Source of the DNA: Eledone cirrhosa
Lineage: Eukaryota
Assembly (NCBI GenBank): GCA_964016885.1
Contig: OZ024754.1
Location: 17,670,001-17,734,000 of the forward strand
Length of the DNA: 64,000 nt
Reading direction: 5' to 3'
Part shown: piece by piece, positions 12,347 to 24,981 of the stretch
Position numbering within the stretch: the first letter of the stretch is position 1
How the letters are laid out: each line of letters opens with the position of its first letter
Translations under genes and position numbers: made by a program
Notes under the pieces: generated by a model
Database searches by the model: none
Seen by the model: only the letters and a program-made list of their open reading frames with translations
Told to the model about the DNA's origin: nothing

Positions 12347-15258
12347 CAAAAACGAGAAAATCACTTGATCACCTATAGATCAGGGCAACACGCCAGTCAG
12401 ATAGATTATATCCTTACCAGAAGACGTGACAAAGTGTCTGTTGTAAACACTAAATCCTCCCCCGTGAACAATGCACCTCCCAACATAGCCTCATAGTTAG
12501 CGACCTCATAGTCAGGACGAGACGTACTCGACAACAGAGGAGGACTACCCTAGGGAGAAGAATATGGAAGTTAAAGGACTCCACAGCCAGTAACAAATTT
12601 AAAAGCATATTACTTGATGCTTTTGACAGTAAGGAAGAGCAATTAGAGACTACAATATAGAGGAACAGTGGGAATTCCTGAAAGTTAACCTGCTAAGGCG
12701 ACAGATGAAACCTGTGGCTGGAGCAGACCTATAGGCAGGAGGAGAGTAACATGGTGGTGGAACAGTAAGGTGGAGGAGTCAATCAAGGCCAAAAAGCAGG
12801 CTTGGAAAGTATGGTGGGGTGGGAAGTAGAGAACACTATCAAGTGGCCAGGGAGGAAGCTAGGAGACAAGTGTACTTCGCAAGAAGGGAAGCAGAGGAAA
12901 GAAAGTTCAAGCATGTTCTACAACGCGAGGACCAAACACTTGAGGTGTTCAGGATTGCTAGACAATGTGTCAAGGAAAATCGTGATATTGTCGGGGAGAA
13001 GTGTGTCCTTAATGATGATGGTGTACTTGCCATCACTGACACTGATAAGAAGGTAGCTTGGAAGTGTCACTACGAGAGGCTACTAAATGAGGAGAATAAA
13101 TGGGACAAAGATAGTCTGCCCCACATCGATCCAATAGAGGGACCAGCAGTACAAGTTGAAGGTAGTATAATAAGTAAGGAAATCAAAGATATGAAGACAA
13201 GCAAGGCAGCTAGGCTTTCGGAGATAGTTGCTGAAATGTTGAAAGCATCTGGAGCGGTGGGACACACTATGGTCACCCGGATAGTAAACCAAGTCATACA
13301 GAACGGGGTCATACCAAATGACTGGCGTAGCAGCAGCATCATTAACTGCTACAAGGGTAAAGGAGATGCACTAGATAGAGGAAACTATAGAGGCATTAAA
13401 TTAATTCACCAGGTCATGAAGCTAAAGTAAACCCCTATACTTAGCTTTTGTTGACTTGGAGAAAGCCTTTGACAGAGTCCTCCATGCCATAATCTGATGG
13501 GCCCTTAGAAAACTAGGGGTTGATGAATGGCTTGTGAGAGCTATACAAGCCATGTATAAAGAAACAGTCAGCAAGGTTAGAATTAACAATGAATATAGCG
13601 AAGAATTTAGCGTAAAAGTTGGTGTTCATCAGGGCTCTGTCCTTATCCCCCTCCTATTTAATATTGCCCTTCAGGCTATAATAGAGGAGTTCAAGACCGG
13701 CTGCCCATGGGAACTTCTCTATGCAGATGATCTAACGCTCATAGCTGAATCGATGGCTGAACTAGAGAAGAAATTCCAAACATGGAAGCAAGGCCTAGAA
13801 TCAAAAGGCCTTAAAGTTAACTTGTCTAAGACTAAAGTTCTAGTATGTAAGAAGGAAAATAGGGCACAGGGTCCCTCTGGGAAATGGCCATGCTCAGTGT
13901 GTAGGAAAGGAGTAGGTAGAAATTCCATTTTATGTCCCAAATGCAATCTATGGGGGCACAAAAGATATAGTGGGATCACAGGTAAGCTATCTAAGAACGT
14001 AGATTTCATATGTGGTTGGTGCTCAGGTGCAATAAGTAGTAAGTGCCCACAGGATACTAGCTCATTCTATTGCCCAGATGGCTCTATAGAAATAGTGGAC
14101 ACCTTCCGTTACCTGGGTGACAAAATCAGCAGTGGTGGAGGATGCTCAGAAAGTACAGTAGCCAGAGTCAGAACGGGATGTAAAAAATTCATAGAGCTTA
14201 TACCACTAAAGGTTTCTCTCTAAAAATGAAAGGCAGACTGTATGATGCCTGCATAGAAACAGCTATGTTACATGGCAGTGAGACATGGGCTTTGTGTGCA
14301 GAGGATCTTTGCAGACTGGAGAGGAACGAAGCATGCATGCTCCGCTGGATGTGTAATAGTAACATATGTGAACAGCAAAGCATAAATGAACTAAGTGAGA
14401 AATTAAGTATAAGAGGGATCAGATGCTGTTTACTCGAGAGAAGACTATGTTGGTATGGTCACGTGATGCGCATGAAAGACGACAGCTGTATAAAAAAGTG
14501 CAGGGCGATCAAAATTGACGGACGTTTACGGAGTAGGCAGACCCAGAAAAATCTGGTGGGGAAACGCCGTCTCCATTCTGTCTGCCGGGGCTGTGGGTGG
14601 GCCCCATCACGTACCGTTGTAGTTGTTGTAGCAGAAACAGGAAGACAACAACTGGAAAGTTTGATTTTCTATTCCTATGCAAATATCCCAATTTGCAAAA
14701 CTGTCGAACATGTAACATAAATAACATGTAAATTCATGAAGAACAAAAAAGGGAAGAAATACCAACCCTTTACAATAAGGTATATATTTGATAAATTCTG
14801 ACCTTACACACTTACACCTCTCTAAGATAATGTTACAGGACCGAGATCTTTGGCGCTATGCAGTAATACAGAAAACCCGCCTTGCCTAAGTACAAAGCGA
14901 AACCTACAGTCAGAAGGCACCCCCATCCCACTACCAAAACTCCCCCACTCCATCAACATCACCCCTTTCTTTGTAAAGTTATGTTGGTACCACAACATCC
15001 AGTCCTAAATAAATGAGGTCGTGTAGGTGTCACAACAAAAAAACACAGTCCACACTGTAATGTGGCCGTGTAGGTAACAGTAAAAACCTCCCAATCCACA
15101 CTGTGAACGTGGTTGGTGTTAGGAAAGGCATCCAGCCGTAGAAAACCTGCCAGACAGTCCTATACGAGCGAGACAACCAATCTTGCCTCAAGTGGGACAA
15201 TTCCTGTCTAAACCCATGCTAGCGTGGAAGATAGACGTTAAACGATGATGATGATGAT
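12347..15258 (+). mobile_element. RTE-clade LINE (long-3'UTR subfamily), degenerate, with ~235-bp unrelated insert at ~14555-14790
   Basis: APE C-terminus (QIDYIL), RT (GVHQGSVL, YADD), C-terminal RLCWYGHV and a (GAT)n tail at ~15245-15258. Confidence 0.9.
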
Positions 15259-15320
15259 TATATACATATATATATGTATATACATAAATATATACGGGAT
15301 AACAAGTTATTGTTATAGGT

Positions 15321-15854
15321 AGTCCACTTAGATGTAGTCCAGTTAGAGTACTCCGAGTAGTGGATAGTATTAGCTTGGCTAAGTTTGACTCAACAAGACG
15401 TTTCCATAGTGATGTTGCGAGTACGCGGTGATTTCTATGTAGTTTACACTTGGAGTAATAATAAATCAAGAAAGAAGAGTGACACGGTTTGCTATACAAT
15501 AAGGGCTTTATTGACATTGCTGACAATTATTTCTCTGAACTGGTAGGTCTAGAGATCGCTACCCGCCTGATTTTACGTCAATCGATCACCAATACATAGT
15601 TATAACCAGTCTATTCATCAGAGCATGCGAGAATGAAGGAAATACACAGGCATGGCTTCTATATATAGTAGTGGCATTAAATCAGAACAATAATAACAAT
15701 ACTCAAATAAATTAGCTAGATAGTAAATAGTTAAAATAATCACAACAATCTAAGTAAGAAATAGAGTATACTGATGACTTTACCATGTAAAACGAGCTGA
15801 TACGAAACAGATGTATGAAATTGACATGTGAAAGCTGTCCTGGGGTACATTACA
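15321..15854. mobile_element. Possible solo LTR
   Basis: Begins TGTTA and ends TTACA, ~530 bp, non-coding. No clean 4-6 bp TSD. Confidence 0.25.
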
Positions 15855-16379
15855 TATAGTGTTGAGATAACCTGGGGCTTGAAACAATGGACCATTTACT
15901 TTACTGTAGGTTTGCTGACCGTAAGATTTATTTATTATCTGACAGATAAAATATTTTCATTGTAGTGAGGATGGTAATTTTTATGTGGTGTAAAGTGGAT
16001 TCATTATTTAAGTGGTCTATATTAGATGTAGGGATTGTTAGTTCGAATCATGGGAGTTGTTTAGCTTTCACAGCATCAATAACAAATCATGCATGAATAA
16101 GACAACAATAACAACAATATAGGCAATAAGGTAATTCAGAGGTTAAGCAAGATATATAGAGAACATGATGAATACTATTACGGATACATTGGGGTGTTCA
16201 TTATAACAACAGGAGGAAGGTGATATTTCAAAGACTGTGGTAGTAGTAAATAATATACTTAGAATTAAGTTCTTCTGTTGAAAATCAAGAGTGAGGAGGT
16301 GGTGTTGACATATATATATACATAAATATATATATATATATGTATACATACATATATATATATACATACATATATATAT

Positions 16380-16457
<78 letters not shown>

Positions 16458-16542
16458 TTCCTAAGCTTTAATAGATGTATACTCCATATTCTTCTGAGTT
16501 TTTGGCTTGTATTGGCCGATAGTGCTTCTTGTAGCTTTACTT

Positions 16543-16580
16543 GCCCTGATGAGTCCTTAATAGGACGAAACATTGTTGGC
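16543..16580 (+). ncRNA. Minimal type I hammerhead ribozyme
   Basis: GCC-CTGATGA-GTCC-TTAATA-GGAC-GAAA-CATTG-TT-GGC: intact core, perfect stem II, stem I GCC/GGC, GUU cleavage triplet. Confidence 0.85.
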
Positions 16581-16746
16581 TAATAAAGACTTTTGATGTA
16601 TTGAAGGCTTCTTTGGTTTATTTTTTATAATTCTTCGGCTCTGTTTAATTACATTGAGCTATATCTTATACTGTCATTTCTATAATATGAAGAGGGTGTT
16701 TAACTCCAACACACTCTAGTATTTTAATTCTTATATATATATATAT

Positions 16747-16955
16747 AGGAACGAGTAGGACTCCAACAGCTGAGCTCAAGCCGTTTCGACGGATAATTCT
16801 GAACTAAAGACATTTTAGTCCAGAATTAGCCGTCGAAACGGCTTGAGCTCAGCCGTCGGGGTCCTACTCGTTCCTATTATCCACTCTACTACCCTAAGTA
16901 TTGAGTACTTTGGTGTGTTATGGTCCATCTGGTTCCTTACCACATTTCCTTCTTT
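16747..16955. repeat. PLE terminal-repeat remnant forming a hairpin
   Basis: 16747-16809 is an inverted copy of ~16814-16876. The body matches 2703-2845 in reverse. Flanked by (TA)n. Confidence 0.75.
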
Positions 16956-16965
16956 ATATATATAT

Positions 16966-17022
<57 letters not shown>

Positions 17023-17041
17023 CATATATGACATGGTTCTT

Positions 17042-17645
17042 TGTAATCTGAGCTTATAACGGCGGCAAAGATTCAAAACCGAATCTGAGCTTTCCCACCT
17101 CTGGGACAAGTTGTGGTTAGTTGTTTACGCCCGGCAGACCAACCCCTGCTAAACACAGGTCAGATGTTGTTTTCGCCTGGCAGAAAAAGTGAGACTACAG
17201 ACAAGACAGGAAGTATTTACCGATGCTCTCCTCACGAAAAACCAGTCTGTCCACTAATTTCTCACACACCACTCCCGCCTAGCTGATTGAATCCTACTAC
17301 TGCTAAGACAAGAAAGTATACTAATACACACACACGCACACATAGTAAGTTCACACTGCTTGCATTTTTATACGCACCATTTCTGTCACATTGTATCTTT
17401 CAGATACAATACAAATTATATTATATCGTATTATGTGATACTTGTATTTACGTGGCACGAAGAGCCACCAACTCATTGTACGAATATTTCATGTTATAGA
17501 TTTTATCATTCAATATTCAAATTAAATATTGTTATAATAAAATAAACATTGTAACAACTCAATCCTGGTATTATTCTTTGCATTGAAACCATCATACCAA
17601 CAAACCCATCTATCCGTTACAACTGAATTCCACTTATTCGTTACA
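17042..17645 (+). mobile_element. Possible solo LTR
   Basis: TGTAA...TTACA termini with internal AATAAA. No TSD, and the right end is fused to an RTE. Confidence 0.25.
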
Positions 17646-19203
17646 AGCTGATGGACCAGGTCATGAAAGTAACGGAAAGAGTTATAGCACAGTTGATTAG
17701 GGACTGGGTAAAACTAGATGAGATGCAATTTGGGTTTGTACCAAGAAAAGGCACCACTGATGCCCTCTTCCTTGTGAGGCAGTTACAGGAAAAGTACCTA
17801 GCTAAAAGTAAGCCACTCTACCTGGCATTCGTCGATCTCGAGAAAGCCTTTGACAGAGTTCCACGTGCTATAATCTGGTGGGCTCTTAGAAAACTAGGAG
17901 TAGATGAATGGTTTGTGATAGCTGTACAAGCCATGTATAGAGGAGCAGTCAGCAAAGTTAGGGTTAGCAATGACTATAGCGAGGAATTTAGCATACAGAT
18001 CAGTGTCCAGCAGGGCTCTGTTCTTAGCCCTCTCCTGTTCATTATAGTTTTGCAGGCAATAACAGAGGAGTTTAAGGCCAGATTCCCATGGGAACTCCTG
18101 TATGTGGATGATCTCACACTTATAGCTCAATCTATTGTAGAACTAGAGAAGAAATTCCAAACATGGAAGCAGGGACTAGAAAGAAAGGGTCTCAAAGTGA
18201 ACCTGACAAAGACTAAGGTCCTCGTAAGTAGACGAGAAAACAGAACCCAGATCCCCTCAGGGAAATGGCCTTGCTCAGTATGTAGGAAAGGTGTAGGTAG
18301 GAACTCCATCCTCTGCCCCAAATGCAAACAATGGGTACACAAGAGATATAGTGGGATCTCAGGAAGCTTAACTAAGAATGTAGGCTTCACATGTAGCAGC
18401 TGCTCTGGGACAGCAAACAGCCACAGGAAACAAGCCCCACAAAACTCTGGGAGGGCTCTGTAGAAACAGTAGACAGCTTCTGCTACCTAGATGACCGAAT
18501 TAGCAGCGGAGGTGGGTGTTCAGAAAGTAAAATAACTAGGGTAAGAATGGGATAGAAGAAGTTCAGGGAGCTACTACCACTGCTAACTGCAAAAGGCTTT
18601 TCCCTCAAAGTGAAAGGCAGACTGTATGATGCATGTATACGAACAGCAATCTGTCGGGCGCTGTCTGTAGAAGACTTGTGTAGATTAGAAAGAAACAAAG
18701 CCTGCATGTGATGCGTATGAAGGATGACAGCTGCATAAAAAGGTGCAGAGCACTAGAAGTCTATGGAAGCCGCGGAGTGGGGAGACCCAAGAAGACCTGG
18801 GATGAGGTGATAAAAGCCGACCTTACCCAATTGCACCTCTCAAGACTGTGACATCTGGCGTCATGCAGTAATACAGAGTACCCGACTTCCCACGGGTACA
18901 AGCTGAAGCATATAGATAATATGCCCCCACCCCCACCCACTGCAAAGTGGTCATGGAGGTGCCACGGCAAAAAAACACCCAGCCCACACTGTAAAGTGGA
19001 CGTGTAGGTGCCACAGAAAAAAAAGGACCCAGCACTCACAGTAAATGAGGTTGGTGTTAGGAAGGGCATCCAGCTGTAGAAATCAAGCCTAAATCAGTTC
19101 CCGTATGAGCAAGACAAGGTCAGCCGACCGGACACTACCCACAACAGGACAATCCGTCTAACCCATGCTAACGTGGCAGAACGAATGTAAAACAATGATG
19201 ATG

Positions 19204-19205
<2 letters not shown>
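17646..19205 (+). mobile_element. RTE-clade LINE, 5'-truncated (long-3'UTR subfamily)
   Basis: ORF 17651..18463 is an RT domain. Closely similar to 39110-40838. (GAT)n tail. Confidence 0.93.
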
Positions 19206-19263
<58 letters not shown>

Positions 19264-19429
19264 CCGGGAGCTTCCAACAGCAATGGTTGCATTCTTTAAG
19301 GGTATGTCAATATTTATTTATATTATATTTTATCTGATGAAAGCACACAATAATTTAACTTGGTGTCCTTGAAATATGTATAATGAAATAAATATGGTTT
19401 TATAAATATAGTTTCCATTTGTTAATATC

Positions 19430-19480
<51 letters not shown>

Positions 19481-19904
19481 GAAACACACAGATACATGCG
19501 GACACACACATATATACATGAATGCATCCGCACCCAACTGTGAGTTAAGGGTGCCAACTTCACCGATGTTGCTCAATGAATGACTGGGACAGACCAATTC
19601 AGTTTGAACCAGACTGAACCAGTATCAGAGTTAAAAATACATTATGAAGAGAGAAGAAACATTTAGATATAATTAGTAATAAAATGTATCATACCTAAAC
19701 TCTTCCTAAATTCTCTTCATAATGTATATATATATATATATATATATAAGAAATAGGATTTCGCTTCAAGCATGGCTTTATACAATATGTATAAATATTT
19801 TGTATCTCCAAAGAAATACAGTTTTATGAAGCCGTAGCTAAGCAAACACTGGGGGGAGGGGGGCCTATGCCCTCTGGTGATGTCCAGCAGAAGCAAGGGG
19901 GACA

Positions 19905-19948
19905 ACCGTTTATGCATTTCAGGCTTAGCTGGCCTTCGTCAGGACGGT
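19905..19948 (-). ncRNA. Hammerhead ribozyme (left arm)
   Basis: Reverse complement reads ACCGTC-CTGACGA-AGGC-CAGCTAA-GCCT-GAAA-TGCA-TA-AACGGT. Confidence 0.8.
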
Positions 19949-20189
19949 CCCTCCCACCGCTTGCGACTGCTGGACTAGAAGACAGCCGAGAATATATAGT
20001 TTTCTCGTCTGTGTAAATGAGGTGATTAATCTCATTTGCATATGAAGCTGCATAAGTTGGCTTTATTATAAGTTGAGCCAACTTATGCAGCTTCATATGC
20101 AAATGAGATTAATCACCTCATTTACACAGACGAGAAAACTATATATTCTCGGCTGTCTTCTAGTCCAGCAGTCGCAAGCGGTGGGAGGG

Positions 20190-20233
20190 ACCGTCCTGAC
20201 GAAGGCCAGTTAAGCCTGAAATGCATAAACGGT
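20190..20233 (+). ncRNA. Hammerhead ribozyme (right arm)
   Basis: ACCGTC-CTGACGA-AGGC-CAGTTAA-GCCT-GAAA-TGCA-TA-AACGGT with a palindromic stem III (ATGCAT). Confidence 0.8.
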
Positions 20234-20339
20234 TGTCCCCCTTGCTTCTGCTGGACATCACCAGAGGGCGTTAGCCACACCCCGGTGTTTGCATAGCTAC
20301 GGCTTCCTAAAACTGTATTTCTTTGGAGTTACGAAATAA

Positions 20340-20372
<33 letters not shown>

Positions 20373-20389
20373 CATATATATATACATAC

Positions 20390-20428
<39 letters not shown>

Positions 20429-20485
20429 CATATATATATAGATATATAGATATATACATAAATACATATATATATACATATATAC

Positions 20486-20569
<84 letters not shown>

Positions 20570-21136
20570 GGTGGCTGCCAACTCGTTTTCGAGTACGGCC
20601 ACTATTTTATATCCATGTAGGAGAACCCCCTACCGATGCGCTGAACGAGTGTGACTTTCTAGTCCAGCCAGCGACATGAAAACTCTGGTACAAACACTAC
20701 ACCTGTGACAATTATTGACACAGTGCTGGGCCCATGGTACCATGTGACGACAAGTGCAGAGAGACCTCCAGATATAAAGCAATGCCTGTGCCGTGAAGCT
20801 TTTATAGTGAGCAAAGGCACTGCACAAAGCCAGTCCCACTCTCTTAACCAAGATGATATTTACCAAAAAGAAGAACAAGTCAACATCATTGGATACCATC
20901 AGGGTTGCAGGTGTTATATCAGAGTTTTCCTTCTCCTAGAATTCTGCCTTGACAAAGGCTAAGGGGTCATCTTTCCCGGTGATTTTGGATGGCCATTGAC
21001 TCTTAAGAGCTCCTTTGCCCTTTGACAGGTTTTGTTTTTAGTAATGCAGGATGTCCAAAGTGACACTCCTCACCAAGAAACCTTGGTGGGGTTGCCAGTT
21101 TAGTCGCCAACGACCCGACCATGGGACAGGTTGTGC

Positions 21137-21138
<2 letters not shown>
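20570..21138 (-). mobile_element. Short non-LTR retroelement derivative (RTE-like) ending in a C2H2 finger
   Basis: ORF 20630..20899 ends [22 protein letters not shown], similar to the C-terminal C2H2 of some RTE ORF2 proteins. Bounded by (TA)n on both sides. Confidence 0.5.
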
Positions 21139-21182
<44 letters not shown>

Positions 21183-21183
21183 G

Positions 21184-21268
<85 letters not shown>

Positions 21269-21269
21269 G

Positions 21270-21304
<35 letters not shown>

Positions 21305-21306
<2 letters not shown>

Positions 21307-21615
21307 TATCTCCAACGTTCTGTCCTACGCCATCTTGTTTTTGTGTGCCACACACAAAAACAACATGGCGTAGAACAGAACAAAGGAGAGGCACAAAAAC
21401 AAAGAAAAGAATCCCCAGTCACTGATGAGGTCACAGAATGTGTGACGAAAGAAATTTGACAATGTATAGACAATCATCTGGTTGTGGAACCAACCAACCA
21501 ACCAACCGGAAATTTATAAATTCCTAAATTTATAAATTTATTATAATAAATTGAAGTGAAAGCAACTGGTGCGTGTGTTTCTTATTGGCAACATGACCCT
21601 CCCAAAGTATAACAA
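21305..21615 (+). repeat. Solo pseudo-LTR of the adjacent PLE, with hammerhead motif at 21418-21460
   Basis: Matches ~27270-27518. GTCA-CTGATGA-GGTCACA..TGTGAC-GAAA-GAAA-TT-TGAC, with stem III mutated relative to the other copies. Confidence 0.85.
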
Positions 21616-21628
21616 TATATATATATAC

Positions 21629-21678
<50 letters not shown>

Positions 21679-21686
21679 TTATATAT

Positions 21687-23224
21687 ATTTCGTTTCTGAA
21701 TTTGTTTAGCAAGATTCTTTATCTGAAATCGTGTGTTGAAACCGATATTGTTATACTTTGGGAGGGTCATGTTGCCAATAAGAAACACACGTACCAGTTG
21801 CTTTCACTTCAATTTATTATAATAAATTTATAAATTTCTGGTTGGTTGGTTGGTTCCACAACCAGATAGTTGTTTATATATTGTCATAGTTCTTTCGTCA
21901 CACACTCTGTGACTTCTTCAGTGACTGGGGATTCCTTACTTTGTTTCTGTGCCTCTCCTTTGTTCTGTCCTACGCCATTTTGTTTCTGTGTGTGTATTGT
22001 GTGCTCAGTCTGCGCATGCGCCACATCCGGGTGTCTGTGTGTGTTTATGTTCATTTATTTATTTGTTTATTTACACGTTACTGGTTGGTTGTTTGTTCTA
22101 TGTGTGTGTGTGTTTTCATTTTGTCCTTAATTGTAAGTTGTGATGTTGCTGTTCCACTCATATTTTCTATTTAATTTTGGTTGTAATTCTTTTATGTTTA
22201 TTGCCTCTGTGATTTGTCTAAACATTGCGTCTTTTCTGTGTGTAGATTCTATTTTTATTTCTATGTTCTCTAATTTACCCTTGTGTTCTATTTTAGCATG
22301 TTGGTAGAGTACAGATGATTCTTTACTATCTTGAAGGTCTCGCCAGTGTTCATTTATCCGTTCCCCTACACTACGAGCTGTCTCACCTATGTACACTATA
22401 TTTTTGTCTCTACATTGTCCTTCAGTACATCTTATGCTATACACTACATTTCTAGTTTTACAGTTAATATGGGGGCTTATTTTACAGGTTATACATTTCT
22501 TATCTATACATGAGGGTCTTTGAAAAGGGTATGTCTTGCTAATAAGTGTTTTTACGGAGGTACCTGGTCTTTCTACTATCTTAATATTGAGTTTATGTTT
22601 ATCTAGGGTCCTTCTAAATTTGTAAGCTAATTCACCTCTAGGGGTTGTATCGATGAACATTACACTCTGGTATTTATTGCTATCATACCATGAGTTTATT
22701 CTATTAGCCTTGTTCCTAGTTCTTTCTATTCTATTCCAAAATTTGCTCCTATACAAGGGGCAGGTCCCATTTATGTCATTATTTACCATTTTTTCCCATT
22801 TGGCCTGGCTCCTCTATACACTCTGATTTTATCTCTCTGATTGTAGCCAGAGAACTGCATACGGTGGATGAAGTGTTGTATGTGTCTCTCTAGTTCTTCG
22901 GGGTTGCACATGCGGGACACGTTTCTCATCACCCGTACCAAATCCGCAATCAGTATGTTGATTTTGGTATGGTCCGGAACGGCCGAGTTTCGGTGGATCA
23001 GATGTTTGGAAGTCACGGGTTTGGCATAATGGGAATGGAGGATTTGTTTTTTGTTATTAATGGTATCTAACCAGAGCTCTGTGTCTAGTACAGGTAATCG
23101 ATGGTTGGGGTGTTTACTTGGGTAGTCTATAGTAACTCTAATGCTCTGGTGGATGGAGTTAGCTATTTGCTGGATGCTTTCCATTGTGTTTTTCTCTAGT
23201 TCCTGACTGTTCTCTAGTGGGGGT
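21687..23224 (-). mobile_element. Inverted 5'-truncated copy of the PLE (RT thumb, GIY-YIG endonuclease, pLTR)
   Basis: Reverse complement of 26040-27518, running ~70 nt further into ORF-start sequence. ORF 22127..22789 has an intact NVVYSIRC...YIGETARSVGERINEH. Confidence 0.95.
21883..21925 (-). ncRNA. Hammerhead ribozyme in inverted pLTR
   Basis: Reverse complement reads GTCA-CTGAAGA-A-GTCACA-GAGTG-TGTGAC-GAAA-GAAC-TA-TGAC. Confidence 0.8.
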
Positions 23225-23268
23225 GACAGAACAAAGGAGAGGCACAAAAACAAAGAAAGGAATCCCCA

Positions 23269-23311
23269 GTCACTGAAGAGGTCACAGAGTGTGTGACGAA
23301 AGAACTATGAC
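23269..23311 (+). ncRNA. Hammerhead ribozyme in 5' pLTR
   Basis: GTCA-CTGAAGA-G-GTCACA-GAGTG-TGTGAC-GAAA-GAAC-TA-TGAC. Confidence 0.82.
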
Positions 23312-24981
23312 AATATATAAACAACTATCTGATTGTGGAACCAACCAACCAACCAGAAATTTATAAATTTATAAATTTATTATAAATTTATTATAATAAA
23401 TTGAAGTGAAAGCAACTGGTGCGTGTGTTTCTTATTGGCAACATGACCCTCTCAAAGTATAACAATATCGGTTTCAACACACGATTTCAGATAAAGAATC
23501 TTGCTAAACAAATTCAGAAACGGAATATCGTAAGCCTTAGCCAAGCTAACAAGATACTGAAAACCACCATGTTCTGTTGTCTACGAAAAACCATAACATC
23601 TCGACAACTACACTTCATAAAAGAATGTGCCTCGTCCCGAGTTTACACCAACACCATCAACACCGACGTAAGAAGATTACAACTCACCAAAAAACAAGCA
23701 GATAGGCTAAAACTAACACTAATTCTAAACATAAAAAAGAAGATCTATAGTGAATTAAGTCATCAAGAAAAACATAAGCGTAACCTAATACAAGAAATAG
23801 CTAGGATCACCACACCAAGAGAGAAACTAATATTTATAAGCCTTATACGTCCTGAAGAACAGTACATTACTCAAGAATGTGATAAGCACTTTAACAAGAA
23901 ACTAAAGTGGCTTAAGCAGATAAAGCTAAATCAGGATACTGTAGAGAATACCAATAGATATCCCGACAAAATTGACGGTATAAATATGGCCGACACCTCA
24001 TTAACAGATGAGTTCAACAACAACAACAACACAAATATATACGGCAACACAGTAATAGATGACGATGAGTTATCTGTATTACGTCTACCCCCGAAATTTG
24101 CGACATTCAAGAAGGTAAATATGATTAGTTGTCTGTCAGAAATAGAAAAATCATTTACAAAACTACGCTGGAGCCTCAAAAACAAAAACAAAAACAAAAG
24201 CAACAATATACGCACACACATATACAACACACATCCCAACAACAACAGACACACAGACACAAACAACAATAACAAAACACACACACCAACAACAACAACA
24301 ATAATAACATACCCAGAAACAACAACAACAGACACGCAGACACAAACAACAATAACAACACACACAACAATAATAACACACACGGAGACAACAACAACAC
24401 ACATCAACAACAGCACACATCAACAACAACAACACACACACATTCAATGCCTCTCACCACCACCACAATCTTAACAAACACACAGACACAGAAAACAAGT
24501 AATGACAGTAGCACAGAAATCACAGAAATAAGGGAAAGTAATAGGATTAAAAGGAGAAGGGAGACAAAGGACAAAGAAAATAACCAAGACGAACACACAG
24601 ACACACAAAATAGGGTAGATAACAACAATGAGCCAGTGGAAAGAGACAGGAGTAATTATGAGAGACATAGAAACAACCATGAGGCTGTTGGTGGAAATAG
24701 AAATAGAAACAACACAACTAACAATAACAATAGCATTAGTACACATAAAGCAGCAGCCTGGAACTCTAGTTTTTATAATCCCTCCGATAAATCGTTCGAC
24801 CTGCGACGAGTCCACGCCACGACTTTACCATTTAACAAACGCACGCAATTGCCGTCGCAGGTCGATGAACAAACAGAAGCACAATTTAGTATAGCTAAAT
24901 CCGAACTTAGAAATATTATAGAACAGTATAGCAAGAATCAAAATAGAATGGAGGCCCAGCAACTGGGAGAAAAATCTGCAA

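Larger units (their letters stand above)
19803..20330. repeat. Long palindrome carrying a hammerhead motif in each arm
   Basis: 19869-20062 and 20076-20269 are reverse complements (1 mismatch seen) with a 13-nt loop. Looser pairing extends to 19803/20330. Confidence 0.95.
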
